A stretch of 63,584 nt of DNA, filler included, from Octopus bimaculoides (GCF_001194135.2; 4 parts of 4 records of this genome joined end to end with filler, not necessarily neighbours in it); one strand, 5' to 3'; positions 1 through 11,636 are shown, counted from the whole stretch's first letter. Made by a program: numbers and translations. The notes: generated by a model from the sequence alone, not told the origin.

Positions 1-288
1 CACTGACACGTGTACCCTTGACATTGTTCTCGGGGAGATTCAGCGTGACACAGTGTGACAAGGCTGACCCTTTGAATTACAGGCACAACAGAAACAGGAA
101 GTAAGAGTGAGAGAAAGTTGTGGTGAAAGAGTACAGCAGGGTTTGCCACCATCCCCTGCCGGAGCCTCATGGAGCTTTAGGTGTTTCCGCTCAATAAACA
201 CTCACAACACCTGGTCTGGGAACCGAAACCGCGATCTTATGACTGTGAGTCCGCTGCCCTAACCACTGGGCCATTGTGCCTCCACTAC
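1..288 (-). mobile_element. SINE family C copy in a dynein intron, truncated by window edge
   Basis: Aligns to 53760-54049 with 7 CpG to TpG/CpA changes. Confidence 0.88.
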
Positions 289-722
289 ACAAACCCACAC
301 ACATACATAAAGCCAGGCATATTCACAAACCCACACGCATACACATGGACTCATGCCAAAAATGTAATTTTCATTCCATAATCTACTTAATTTTATCGAT
401 TGTTACTGATAAGCCATAATTATTTGTGAACTATTTTTGTCAAAATCATATTTGAACTATTATGCTAGAAATACACTGTTTATTTTCTGACAGCAATATT
501 CTACAAACAACTTTACACTAGAATACTTAATGATCAATATATTACATGAATGAATTATCATTCATTTGCCTCTAATTTTATTTTTGTAAAAAGTGAGTTA
601 CCTGTATCTATTCTGGTACACCAATTGTTTGCTACAATCTTTGACTGTGCTACTGTTCTGTTATACAAAATATTTACTCTGGATTCAGTGTAATCCAGCT
701 GTTGCTGTTCTTGTTTTTGTTA

Positions 723-782
<60 letters not shown>

Positions 783-785
<3 letters not shown>

Positions 786-1009
786 GGCAACAAGCTGGCA
801 GAATCATTAGCATTCCAGGCGAAATGATTAGAGGTATTTCTTCTGTCACTACATTCTGAGATCAAATTCTGCTGAGGTCGACTTTGCCTTTCATCCTTTC
901 AGAGTCGATTAAATAAGTACCAGTTATGCACTGGGATCGATGTAATCAACTTAATCCCTTCCCCCAAATTTGAGGCCTCGTGCTTCCAGTAGAAAGGATT
1001 ATTATTATT
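783..1009 (+). mobile_element. SINE family A (tRNA-like head, Meta/MESC-like core, (TTA)n tail)
   Basis: Core GAGTTCAAATTCCGCCGAGGTCGACTTTGCCTTTCATCCTTTCGGGGTCGATAAATTAAGTACCAG. Other copies about 1455-1670, 11790-11970(-), 18005-18195, 19265-19470(-), 34050-34150, 50710-51000(-), 51030-51250, 56910-57130, 57760-57905, 62035-62370. Domain name from recall. Confidence 0.85.
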
Positions 1010-1011
1010 AA

Positions 1012-1450
1012 GAGCACCATTCAAGTCTGATCACTGCCAGAGCAGCTGACTGGCTTTCATGCCAGTGGCATGTAAAAAGCACTATTCGAGCGTGATCGTT
1101 ACCAGCATCACCCTACTGGCACTTGTGCCGGTGGCACATGAGAAAACATTCAGGTGAGGTCGTTGCCAGTGCCGCTGGACTGGCTCCTGTGCAGATGGCA
1201 CGTAAAAAACACCACTTGAGCATGGCCATTGCCAGTACTGCCTGATTAGCCCTTGTGCCGGTGGCATGTAAAAGCACCAACTACACTCTCGGAGTGGTTG
1301 GTGTTAGGAAGGGCATCCAGCTGTAGAAACTCTGCCAGATCAGACAGATCAGATTGGAGCCTGATGTAGCCATCTGGTTCGCCAGTCCTCAGTCAAATCG
1401 TCCAACCCATGCTAGCATGGAAAGCAGACATAAAACGATGATGATGATGT
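1012..1450 (+). mobile_element. Repeat family D (about 65-bp internal subrepeats, RTE-like 3' tail, (GAT)n end)
   Basis: Tail GTTAGGAAGGGCATCCAGCTGTAGAAA..CCATGCTAGCATGGAAAG..(GAT)n; copies 8735-9187, 14590-14772, 16290-16708, 19635-20130(-), 6520-6655(-). Confidence 0.82.
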
Positions 1451-1694
1451 AATTCAGCAAGGTGGCAGAATCATTAGCACGCTGGGTGAAATGCTTAGTG
1501 GTATTTCGTCTACTGCTATATTCTGAGTTCAAATTCCACCATGGTCAACTTTGCCTTTTATCCTTTTGGGGTCAATAAATTAAATACCAGTTGAGTACTG
1601 GAGATGATGTAATCGACTAGTCCCCTCCCCATAAATTTCAGGCCTTGTGCCTTCAGTAGAAAGGACTGTTGTTATTATTATTATTATTATTATT

Positions 1695-2245
1695 GAGTGA
1701 GAGAGCAGTGCATGTCATCAAAGTGACACTGGGGTAAAATATACGAAGCCCAGTTTACCCATCATGACTACCTGTCTGATAAGGGTACACCAGGCACATG
1801 CATCACAACCACAGTGCGACATGCTGATCTCATATCAAGATAAACAGCGCATGACCTTGCAGGTGGGACCCAGTTAGAATTTTCATAAGGTCGAGTAGCC
1901 CATCTCACTAAAAAGGTCCCTGAATAAAGGTTGTTTAAGGATGTTGAATAAAACACCCACATTTCCAAAGGTGAATTATTCAAACCCCAAAGAATTCCTC
2001 TCAACACATGGCTATGATGCTCCCCCACTACTCCTGCTCATGATCAGAGATGCACATATTGTCAGCCACTAAGGGACATGTTCAACTGGTTAAGGTCAAA
2101 TAATGGCATGCAAATCTGTGGTATTGAGCAGAATATTTGTTGTAGCCCATCTTTTTATACCAAAACAAAACAATGTACATGATAACACTTCCAATCAGCT
2201 AAGATGAGAAGCCATGAGAGCCACTGCCTGGTACTGCATCAGGGC

Positions 2246-2247
<2 letters not shown>
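1695..2247 (-). mobile_element. Family E, about 550-bp non-coding element flanked by (TAA)n
   Basis: Second diverged copy at 57198-57720 (shared GTGACAC..AAAATATACGAAGCCCA, TCATATCAAGATAAACA, CAAACCCCAAAGAATTCC, GATGCACATAT.GTCAGCCAC). Strand inferred from tail polarity. Confidence 0.78.
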
Positions 2248-2302
<55 letters not shown>

Positions 2303-2534
2303 TAGCATTAGCATTATTGGTGTGTTTCTGCCCCCATAACTTCATGGGTCAGCAAAAGAGACTGATAGAATAAGCACCAGGCTTAAAAAGAAAGTTCTGG
2401 GGTTGATTCATTCGACTAGGGATGCTTGAGGGCATGCCGCAGAATGACCACAGTCTAATAACTGAAACAAGAAAAAGGTAAACGGTATTCTCAAGTACAT
2501 AAAATACAATAACTCTTTGACTTATACAACCTAC

Positions 2535-2655
2535 CTAATTTTGGAGCTTTAAGATGCTCTGGATTTATGCTTTCATTTTCTTGATAAAATCTCTGACAAG
2601 GAAGGAGGAGATTAACATACTGAACTGCATTGTTGAAACCACTTTCTAATGCATC
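2535..2655 (-). CDS. DNAH6: DNAH6-like axonemal dynein heavy chain, internal exon (phase 0 to 1), last exon seen in window
   Basis: ttttgcag|GAT...TTA G|gtaggt; 121 nt; DALESGFNNAVQYVNLLLPCQRFYQENESINPEHLKAPKL resembles recalled human DNAH6 ETIQAAFESARIYAATFEKFQIFFKENESLDLQALK. Confidence 0.88.
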
Positions 2656-2964
2656 CTGCAAAATATAATAGATATATGACATTTTGATTTTTCCACGAAC
2701 AGTATATAAATAGTTGTATTCATGGATATTCTAGTCATTATGAAAATATAAGATTGTTAGAAGTTTATACAGAGATCAATGAAATACGTACTTTCTTTTG
2801 AAAGTACATGATTTTTGAGATGATGTGTAAAATCCATGAAGGTAGTAATTTCATTCAGTTATACTATCCCACTACCAACACATAAGTATTGAAAAATAAA
2901 ATCATTTGGTGTGAAATTGTAGTCAATCAGTGTATATATATATACACATACGCACATAAATATA

Positions 2965-3040
<76 letters not shown>

Positions 3041-3917
3041 GGAGAAGAAAATGGATATGATAACAATGGGAAACTTGTGGTTTTTGCTGGTATGTCTTTA
3101 ATTAAATAGATAACAAAGAAGGAATAAGCAGAGATGAGGGTAGCATTTATGATCGTTTCAATTTACTGGTTTAAGTAAATCTCTTCAGAATGCAAATATA
3201 TATAGATGCATCGGTTAGGATACAAAAATAATTGATACATATGTGATGGTAATGTAAAGAAAATGGTAATTCTTACATTAAATTTTTGTTCTTGCGCTGG
3301 CAAATTCGCTGGGCAGAGGTTTGCTTGTGGTAGATTGGTTAGTTTCGTTGGGTAATTAGGGCAAAGTGAGTATTATTTAGGTGCGGGTTTCTTAGTTTAA
3401 TTAAGCACAAAATGTGCTTAATTAAACTGGCAAAATATTCTACTTGTCTTATGTTCAAACTGGCCAGATCCAGTCTCTCACATCAACCCTACAATGTTAT
3501 TCTAAAAATTAACAATCATATCACTGAAATCTCAAAGCTACAAGATAATAACGTGATTAATTCAAAACAATGTGAATAAAGGAAGATTTTTAGCTATATA
3601 ACTCCAAGTTTAACCTTTTAGCATTCACATTATTCTGTCAAAAGTAATGTCTTATTTATTTCAATAACTTGCTTCTCACAATGCAGAAACATTTCTCATG
3701 CCTCCAGCAGACAAAATGGAAAAGGTGTTGCCCTGGAGGATGGTGAGGAAGATGTTCTGGAACAGCCACTCCATCTCATGGGGCTCGCACTTGTGGACAG
3801 CCATTTCTACCCCAATAGCGGTGAGCAGGGATATGGTCTAGGAGGGATCGAGGAATGCCAGAGATCTCTACCGCCAAATGCTACAAAGTTAAGCAACAAA
3901 CGAATAATAAAACTCAC

Positions 3918-4026
3918 CAGGATGCCATTTTTCAAACTTTGCAAGATTCTATCTTCTTCAAATATAATACCCAAATTTGGACCTTCTCCACAGGTTTTCT
4001 CTGTGATACTGTGATAAGCTATTGGT
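3918..4026 (-). CDS. DNAH6: DNAH6-like exon (phase 2 to 0)
   Basis: tctttacag|A CCA...CTG|gtgagt; 109 nt; RPIAYHSITEKTCGEGPNLGIIFEEDRIL vs recalled DNAH6 PYINNKLEGKTCGTGPSLAAVFEDDKNF. Confidence 0.92.
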
Positions 4027-4452
4027 CTGTAAAGATACATATTAAGATTGTCTGAATGCATCAAAATAATTCTTAATAAAAAACATTTATGCATTTATCT
4101 TTTACTTGTTTCAATCATGGGACTGCAGCCATGCAGGAGTACTGCCTTGAAGAATTTTAGTCAAACAAATAAACCTGTGAAAATAAACTAGCACCAGTTG
4201 TCACCTACATTTATTGCCAGTAGAATTTCGTTCTGGAATTTTTTTGTTTACAACCTTAACTTACCATGACATATTTCTCCCCCACAATTGTCAAGAGGTT
4301 ATGTACCTCTCGCCAATGACATTTGACAGAGTAATCTGAAAGCTAAAGGGTTAAATTATAGATTTACTTTATCGAGGCTGACCTGGTATTAGCCCTTTTG
4401 ACACCATCCTGCCTGAGACTGCTCCTAGTTCTATAATACAAACTTAATGCAA

Positions 4453-4665
4453 ACCTTTTAGCATTCAGATTACTGTGTCAAATGTGACATTTATTTATTC
4501 ACATTCATTTGAATTAGTCATGCTTTTCTTATAGATCTGAGATTTCAATGACATGATTGTTTATTTTTAGAATAATATTGTGAGAGACCAGAGCCGGCCA
4601 GTTTAAATATAAAGCCAATAGAATATTTTGGTAGGATATAGCCAGTTTAAATGCCAAAGAGTTAA
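4453..4665 (+). mobile_element. piggyBac-type MITE, family 1 (about 225 bp, TIR CCCTTTAGCATT)
   Basis: Same family at 3421-3600(-), 3610-3662(+), 4310-4354(-), 7300-7528, 10500-10700, 11440-11543 and 28736-28960; TTAA-flanked ends visible in several copies. Confidence 0.85.
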
Positions 4666-4885
4666 CCCTTTCGTTACTGTATTTATTTTGAGATGCTCTG
4701 TGTTTCTTTCACGTACTTTAAATATAACAAAGAATTTAGTAAAATAACTTAATTATCATTAAGCTAGTGTTAGTAACATAAATTGTGACTAAGGTTTGGT
4801 GGAAGATTTTAATTCAAAACTTATGAAGACAAGACATTTGTACTCAGAGCCAAGGCCAGTTTCAGCCGGGCTGGTAACGAAAGGG
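4666..4885. mobile_element. piggyBac-type MITE, family 2
   Basis: TTAA-CCCTTTCGTTAC...GTAACGAAAGGG-TTAA: perfect 12-bp TIRs with TTAA TSD. Confidence 0.88.
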
Positions 4886-6848
4886 TTAAAGCAGTGGTTC
4901 TCAACTATTTGATTCCTATTTTATTCTGGTGGACCCCCATAACCATGCAATATTTTTAAATGAGTTTTATAGATATTTCCTTCAAAATTCCTATTTTGTT
5001 TTTCACACATCATCAACTTGTGTAGTTTGAACTATATAAAACATTAGAGAAAGGAACCTAGCTGTTTTTTGCAGTAAATACATCTAAAGCAAATTTTTTC
5101 AGAGACCCCTAAAATACTACTGTGGATTCTCAATAAGCACATGAATATTGCACCCTATTAAACCCCAATAAAACAGTAGGCTCCTATTAAGATGCTAATT
5201 AGGCCCACTAATTAAGCTACTGAACAAACCACAGATCAAAACACTGATCAATTCAATGATTAAACTACTTATTAAACCTATTGATTAAGTCATAAGCAAT
5301 GAATTGACAGTCATTAGAGCATTAGATAAAATAACTTGTGGTGTTTGCTCCAACACCCTATACACTGAGTTCAAATCCAGCCAAGATCAACTCTGCCTTT
5401 CAGGTTCAATAAAAAAAAATTTTAATACCAATATAAGTACCAGCATGACTGTGTGGCATGGAGGTACATGGCTTAGTGGTTAAGGATTTTGCCTCATGAG
5501 CATAAGGTCGTGAGTTCAGTTCTTGTTGGTATGTTGTGTCCTTGAGCAAGACACTTTATTTCATGTTGTTCCAGTCCACTCAGTTGACAAAAAAGATTTG
5601 TACCTGCATTTCAAAGGGCTAGCCTTCTCACCTGTGTCATACCAAATCACCCTGAGAACTACGTTAAGGGTACGTGTGTGTGTGTGTGTGTGTGTGTGGA
5701 GTGCTCAGCCACTTGTATGTTAATTCCATGAGCAAGTTGTTCCATTGATCAGATCAACTGGGACCCTCATGATCGTAACTGTTGGAGTCCCAGTTATAGT
5801 TGTATGGTTAGAAAGCTTGTTTTGCAATCACATGGTTTTGGGTTCAGTCCTTCTGCATGGCACCTTAGGCAAGTGTCTTCAACTATAGCCTTGGGCCAAC
5901 TAAAGCCTTATGAGTGGATTTGGTAGACAGAAACTGAAAGCCCATTTTATATACATAAATACATGCATGTGTGGGAGGACAGGGGTCTTCATGTCTGTAT
6001 TTGTCCCCTCACCACTACCTGACAACAAGTGTTGGCTTGTTTATGTCCCTGTAACTTAGTGGTTTGGCAAAAGAGACCAATAGAATAAATACCAGAATTT
6101 ATAACAAATAAGCACTGTGGTCAGTCTGTTCATTTTAAACTCTTCAAGGTGGTGCCCCCAACTTGGCCACAGCAGTGACTGAAACAAATAAAAGATATAT
6201 ATCGCAGACAGTGCATTCACAGAAATGTAAGTATGTTGGACCGCACATTTTTGGAATTATTTTTACATTCTGAGTTCAAATCCTGGTATGGCCTATTTGG
6301 GTGATACATTTTATCAGACATCACCACCACCACTACATGGAAATTTTGAGTGCCTTTAGCAGAGTTCACTTTGTTGTAAGCATTCAGTCCAGGTCTCTAG
6401 TTGAGGGTACCTTCCAACCTCCTTTCTTCTCCTCAGTCTTAGAAACCCTATAAAAAGTCATGGGTACCACCTTCCCCTTCTGACTAAAATCATCAGCAGC
6501 AGCATCTTCATCTTCATCATTGTTTAATGTTCATTTTCCATACTTGTGCTAGCATGAGTTGGATGGTTCAAGAGAATTTGACAAGTCAAAGGACGGTACC
6601 AAGCTCCAATGTTTGCCTTGGTACAATTTCTATAGTTTTTACAGTTGGGTACCCTTCCACAGAAAAAGATAGAAAAATAGAAAATATAAATATTGACAAA
6701 CTACAGATTAAATTAATTATTAAAAGCTCTGATTAAACATATTGATTAAATATGTGAAAGAATCACCAAAGAAGGAGAAGAAGGATTTCAATAATGTAGA
6801 ATAAGGCTTTTCCTTTTAAGAATTTGGAAGACTTTACTCTTTTTTTTT

Positions 6849-7048
6849 AATCTTTTACCTGTTTCAGTCATTTGACTGCGGCCATGCTGGAGCACCGCCT
6901 TTAGTCGAGCAAATCGACCCCAGGACTTATTCTTTGTAACCCTAGTACTTCAGCTCTTTTGCCGAACCGCTAAGTTACAGGGACGTAAACACACCAGCAT
7001 TAATTGTCAAGCGATGTTGGGGGGACAAACACAGACACACAAACATAT

Positions 7049-7112
<64 letters not shown>

Positions 7113-7289
7113 ATATATACATATATACGACGGGCTTCTTTCAGTTTCCGTCTACCAAATCCACTCACAAGGCTTTGGTGGGCCCGAAGCTATAGTAGAA
7201 GACACTTGCCCAAGGTGCCACACAGCGGGACTGAACCCGGAACCATGTGGTTGGTAAGCAAGCTACTTACCACACAGCCACTCCTGCAC
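6849..7289 (-). mobile_element. SINE family B (tRNA-like head, CORE-like GGCACCTTGGGCAAG, internal (TA)n), full length
   Basis: Other copies 2320-2478, 5800-6195, 10720-11065(-), 11225-11437, 15650-15810, 21045-21310(-), 23818-23885, 29377-29768, 48010-48350(-). The internal (TA)n often coincides with assembly gaps. Confidence 0.88.
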
Positions 7290-7299
7290 CTTTGATAAT

Positions 7300-7528
7300 T
7301 TTACCCTTTAGTATTTAAACTGACCATATCCGGCCCAAATATTTTACCTATTTTATGCTCAAACTGGCCAGGTCCAGCTTCTCACACCTATCCTACTGTG
7401 TCATTCTAAAATGTAAACAATCACATCATCAAACTCCTGAAGCTACCAGATAATGCATGGTCAATTTAAACCAATGTGAACAAATGAACATAACACTTGA
7501 TAGAGCAATCTGATTGCTAAAGGGTTAA
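7300..7528 (-). mobile_element. piggyBac-type MITE family 1, full-length copy
   Basis: ttACCCTTTAGTATT...TTGCTAAAGGG-TTAA. Confidence 0.85.
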
Positions 7529-7747
7529 TAATTAACCAATTGACAAATAATAAAGAAGTGAAATAGAGCCAGTGCATGTTTATTATTGGAATAATGACCT
7601 TCCTAAGATACAGCAAAATTATGCAGACCATGTGTGATTCCTTATTGTTTTGCACAATGTTAAATCAGTAAAAGGATGTTAAGTTAGTAAAAGACATTGA
7701 GTTAGTAGTGTTAAGTCTATAAAAGAAAATAAGAGAGAAAGAGATAA

Positions 7748-8232
7748 TGATGACAACAGATGATGATGATGACATCAGATGATGATGATGAAAACAGATG
7801 AGGATGATGACAACATCAGATGATGATGACATCAGATGATGATGACAACAACAGATGATGATGACAACATCAGATGATGATGATGACAGTAGATGATGAC
7901 AACAGATGATGATGATGACAACAGATGATGATGATGATGATGACAGCAGATTATGATGACAACATCAGATGATAAAGATGGAAACAGATTATGATGACAA
8001 CATCAGCTGATGATGACAACATCAGCTGATGATGACAACAGATGATGATGACAACAACAGATGAAGATGACAACATCAGATGATGATGACAACAGATGAT
8101 GATGACAACAGATGATGATGATGACAACAGATGATGATGATGACAACAGATGATGATGACAACAGATGAGGATGATAACAACAGATGATGATGATGACAG
8201 TAGATGATGACAGCAACAAATGATGATGAAGG
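7748..8232. repeat. Cryptic (GAT)n-GACAACA minisatellite
   Basis: Variable units such as GATGATGATGACAACA. Confidence 0.9.
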
Positions 8233-8400
8233 CAAATACTAAAGATCAAACTGCACTTTTGTAAAAGTTAATACTTTAACATTGGTCTTCCACAATTGAG
8301 ATTCTAAATATATCTGAAAAACAAACAAACACTTTTGATAAAAACATAATTTAACATTATTAACATTTTACAAATGAGATTATAAATATCTATCTCTTAC

Positions 8401-8636
8401 CGAGTAAAAGCATTGAAATAGTCATCAGGTAGTAAATTTGGCACTGACAATGCTGTCTGCTGATACCTTATAAAGATTTGATTCATTAGGTCACGGAAAC
8501 CTTTCACATCTGGTTGAAATGCAATTCGGTCAATTTTAAGAAGTAAGTCAGTTCTAAACAGAGGATTCAATACCCTGTTCTCTTCCTCTGGCTCTTGAAT
8601 AAATATATCAAGAGTCTCGGGGTTAAAGTCAGTTTT
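8401..8636 (-). CDS. DNAH6: DNAH6-like exon (phase 0 to 2), absent from the ORF track
   Basis: ttttttcag|AAA ACT...ACT CG|gtaaga; 236 nt open; ends PLFRTDLLLKIDRIAFQPDVKGF...LSVPNLLPDDYFNAFTR vs recalled DNAH6 LSVPNLVPDSYFDAFTS. Confidence 0.93.
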
Positions 8637-9316
8637 CTGAAAAAATAAATAACCAGCATTAGAAACTTACTTCTAGTGAGCCCCTATGTAACTGTTCAAC
8701 TTGCTAGAAATAGCAGTGTAATCTCACTCATTTTCTACCTAATTTCGACGGATGGCACCCATGCCAATGTTGTCTCCTTCATTGGACACAGAAACTCGGC
8801 TTGCGAAGACCTGTTCAGGCAAATGAAAGCGAAATTGTGATGGCACCTGTGCCCTAGCACTTGTGCCGGTGGCACATGTAAGGACATTCGAGCGAGATCA
8901 TTGCCAGTGCCGTTGGACTGGCTCCTGTGCAGGTGGCACGTAAAAGACACCATTTTGAGCGTGGCCATTGCCAGTAACACCTGATTGGCCTTCGTGCCGG
9001 TAGCACGTAAAAGCCACCCACTAGACTCTTGGAATGGTTGGTGTTAGGAAGGGCATCCAGCTGTAGAAATTCTGCCAAATCAGATTGGAGCCTGGTGTAG
9101 CCATCTGGTTCACCAGTCCTCAGTCAAATCGTCCAACCCATGCTAGCATGGAAAGTGGATGTTAAACGATGATGATGATGATGATGAACACTGGGGAGAT
9201 GACAAACAAAGTTAACCTCAGCAAGACTTGAACTCAGGAATGTAAAGAACCAGAAAAAATACCGCAAGACCTTTTTCAGAACAACAACAACAACAACAAT
9301 AAACATAATATCTTAC

Positions 9317-9452
9317 TCTTTTAATTACTGTCTTTGAAAAACTAGGAGCATTGTTCAATAATTCAGCAAAATAGGCAAGTAAATTCCGTACAGCATCAAT
9401 AACAAGTTGACGTAAAGCAGAAACAATGATATAATCAAGATAGCGAATGAAA
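9317..9452 (-). CDS. DNAH6: DNAH6-like exon (phase 2 to 0)
   Basis: tttttccag|T TTC ATT CGC...AGA|gtaaga; 136 nt; FIRYLDYIIVSALRQLVIDAVRNLL vs recalled DNAH6 FIRLNDYLIENTMHILTVNAVNSLL. Confidence 0.92.
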
Positions 9453-9736
9453 CTGGAAAAATAAAGAAAAAAAAAACAGGAAAATAAGGACAAGCACAGA
9501 GTAGAGTCAGTAAAATCAATAAACAAGTGCAGTCTTCAGGAGCACATTTACTTAGTGATTTCCTTATCACTAGTTTGACATGTGTAGTGAAGTCTATCCT
9601 TTGTTGAGGATGTCTAATTAGAATAAAACATGACCAAAGTTCACTCCCTTACTTGCCAGTTCAATTTCTATCAGATGTTTAGAAAAGTTATATATACATT
9701 TGAAAACATAAAATAGTGAAGTTTGGATCAAATTAG

Positions 9737-10179
9737 TGGTGTTTCCCAACTTATTTTTGCCCCAGGCCTGACTATAACTTTCTAAAAAATATGCCCCACC
9801 AGTGGCTGGAAAAAAAAAACAATTTTATTTTTAATATTTTATCACAATTATTTAATACAAAAGACTATCAATAAGTCTTTTATTAAGCACTGAGTACAAG
9901 AGGAAAGTACATTATTGACTAAGAATTAAAAAAAGTGAATCACTTTGAGAACCTTGTGCCTGCAGATTTCAGCAGATTTCCTTGATTCAAGGAGATAATT
10001 TTTTTAGCTTCAACCATAAATCACCACATTTTGTAATTTCAAGTCTGCTTCTCTTGACTCAAAGCAAGTCATCCACAGCACTAAACCACATTTAACCAAA
10101 TAAGACTAAAAGCAAAAGAAAAAAATTTGGGATCCCATGCTCCACTAATTTTCCCAGGCCCCACATTGGGAATCACTGG
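9737..10179. mobile_element. Possible hAT-type MITE
   Basis: Ends GTGTTTCCCAAC...TTGGGAATCACTG resemble Charlie-like TIRs; a similar single end CAGTGGTTCTCAAC at 4892. TSD not confirmed. Confidence 0.4.
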
Positions 10180-10902
10180 ATTAAATGTTAAGTACTTCAA
10201 GCCAATCTTCCTAATCAAAACCTCTTGTTTTTAATCAAAAAGCAACTTCTGCAAGTCATACAATCTCTTACTGTGCCTTCAAAATATTGGGATCTTCTAA
10301 CAGTCTATATACTACACTCTACTAATGAATTTAAATACCACATCAGATAATAAAGTTCAATATCAAAATAAACTATAATTTTCTGTTATTCCATAACACT
10401 AAGTACCAGATTCTCCAGCCCAGACTTTACCTTCCAATTTCATTACTTTACCTTCCAATTTCAGTGTTGCTATGGATTACCCTAAAATACTATTCTATCA
10501 ACCCTTTAATATTTAAACCAGCCATACCATTCTGTTTTATGTTCAAACCAGTCTCTCACACTCATCTTAAACTAGCATTCTAAGAATAAACAATCACATC
10601 GTTGAAATCTTGAAGCTATGAGATAAACCATGATTAATTCAAAACAATGTGAATAAATAAGCATTACATTTGACAAAGTAATCTGAAAGCTGAAGGACTA
10701 ATTGTTCTTGTGAAACCATTGTTATTAAACATGTGCTGGGGTGGTGCTGCCTTGAAAAGTTTCATTGAACAAATCAACCTTGGTACTTATTTTTACGCCT
10801 GGTATTTATTTTAATGCCAAAGCCCCAAGTTATGGAGAAGTAAACAAACTAACAGCAGTTGTCAAACAGTGGTAAGAGTCAAATGCAAACACACACACAC
10901 AT

Positions 10903-10993
10903 ATCAAGATAGCGAATGAAACTGAAAAAATAACGAAAAAGAACATAAAAATAAGGATAAGCACGGCCTAGAGTCAGTAAAATTAATAAACAA
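10903..10993 (-). repeat. Local duplicate of dynein intron/exon junction 9434-9526
   Basis: ATCAAGATAGCGAATGAAACTG identical (22 nt); the intronic part aligns with scattered changes through TAGAGTCAGTAAAAT.AATAAACAA. Confidence 0.92.
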
Positions 10994-11581
10994 CTGTATA
11001 TATACACACACACACACATAGAGTTTCCACACAATTTCCAGGTACCAAATTTATATATAAGGAATTTATAGGGGCACATTATAGATTTTTATTGAAATCC
11101 AATTAGCCTATTATTGAACTGGACGTTAGTGTAACATGTATGCAAAGTTTCATGAATATTGGTTCACTGGTTTAGGCACTAAGATGGTAACAGACAGACA
11201 GAAATTGCCATTAATATATTAGATGTGTGTGTGTGTGTGTGTGTGTGTATTTATCCCTCCATACTGCTTGACAGTGTTGGTGTGTTGGTCTGTTTACATC
11301 CCCATAACTTAGTGGTTTGGCAGACACCAATACAATAGGTACTAGGCTTACAAAAAAAAGGCCTACAATGATTTGTTTGACTCTTCAAGGCGGTGCTCCA
11401 GCATGGCTGCTGTCACCTGACTGAAACAAGTAAAAGAGTATCATTGAAATCTCAAAGTTATGACATTATGCATGATTAATTCAAAACAATGAAAATAAAT
11501 AAGTAGAACATATGACAAAATAATCTGAATGCTAAAGGGTTAATAATATTTAGAAGACTTTAAAAATAAATCCAAACAAAC

Positions 11582-11636
11582 CTTGTAAGCCTTTGGCAAA
11601 CAGCATATTTATTTTTCTTTGGTTTAACTCCAGGTA
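11582..11636 (-). CDS. DNAH6: DNAH6-like short exon (phase 1 to 2)
   Basis: T-rich tract gatttttgtag|TA CCT...ACA AG|gtttgt; 55 nt; VPGVKPKKNKYAVCQRLT(S) joins FIR, matching recalled DNAH6 KRHYCMRLTCFIR; bridges the phase-1 donor at 14034 and the phase-2 acceptor at 9452. Confidence 0.8.

Noticed and set aside
602-657. Possible next dynein exon (good donor CAG|gtaact)
   Set aside because: In the required phase 1 it reads GAA CAG TAG (stop) and shows no DNAH6 similarity; the next exon probably lies outside the window.
3670-3885. GC-rich stretch with short ORFs beside exon 3918
   Set aside because: No recognisable motif or splice pair; probably an unclassified TE fragment.
7748-8235. 94-aa H/S/C-rich ORF, and D-rich plus frames
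   Set aside because: Product of the (GAT)n minisatellite; no splice sites or unique sequence.
9553-9614. Exon-like segment ag|ACA TCC..ACT AA|gtaaat (TSSTKDRLHYTCQTSDKEIT), faintly like EKMTYTEQAS
   Set aside because: Needs a phase-0 upstream donor that I could not find; exon 11582-11636 already closes the phases and supplies CQRLT.
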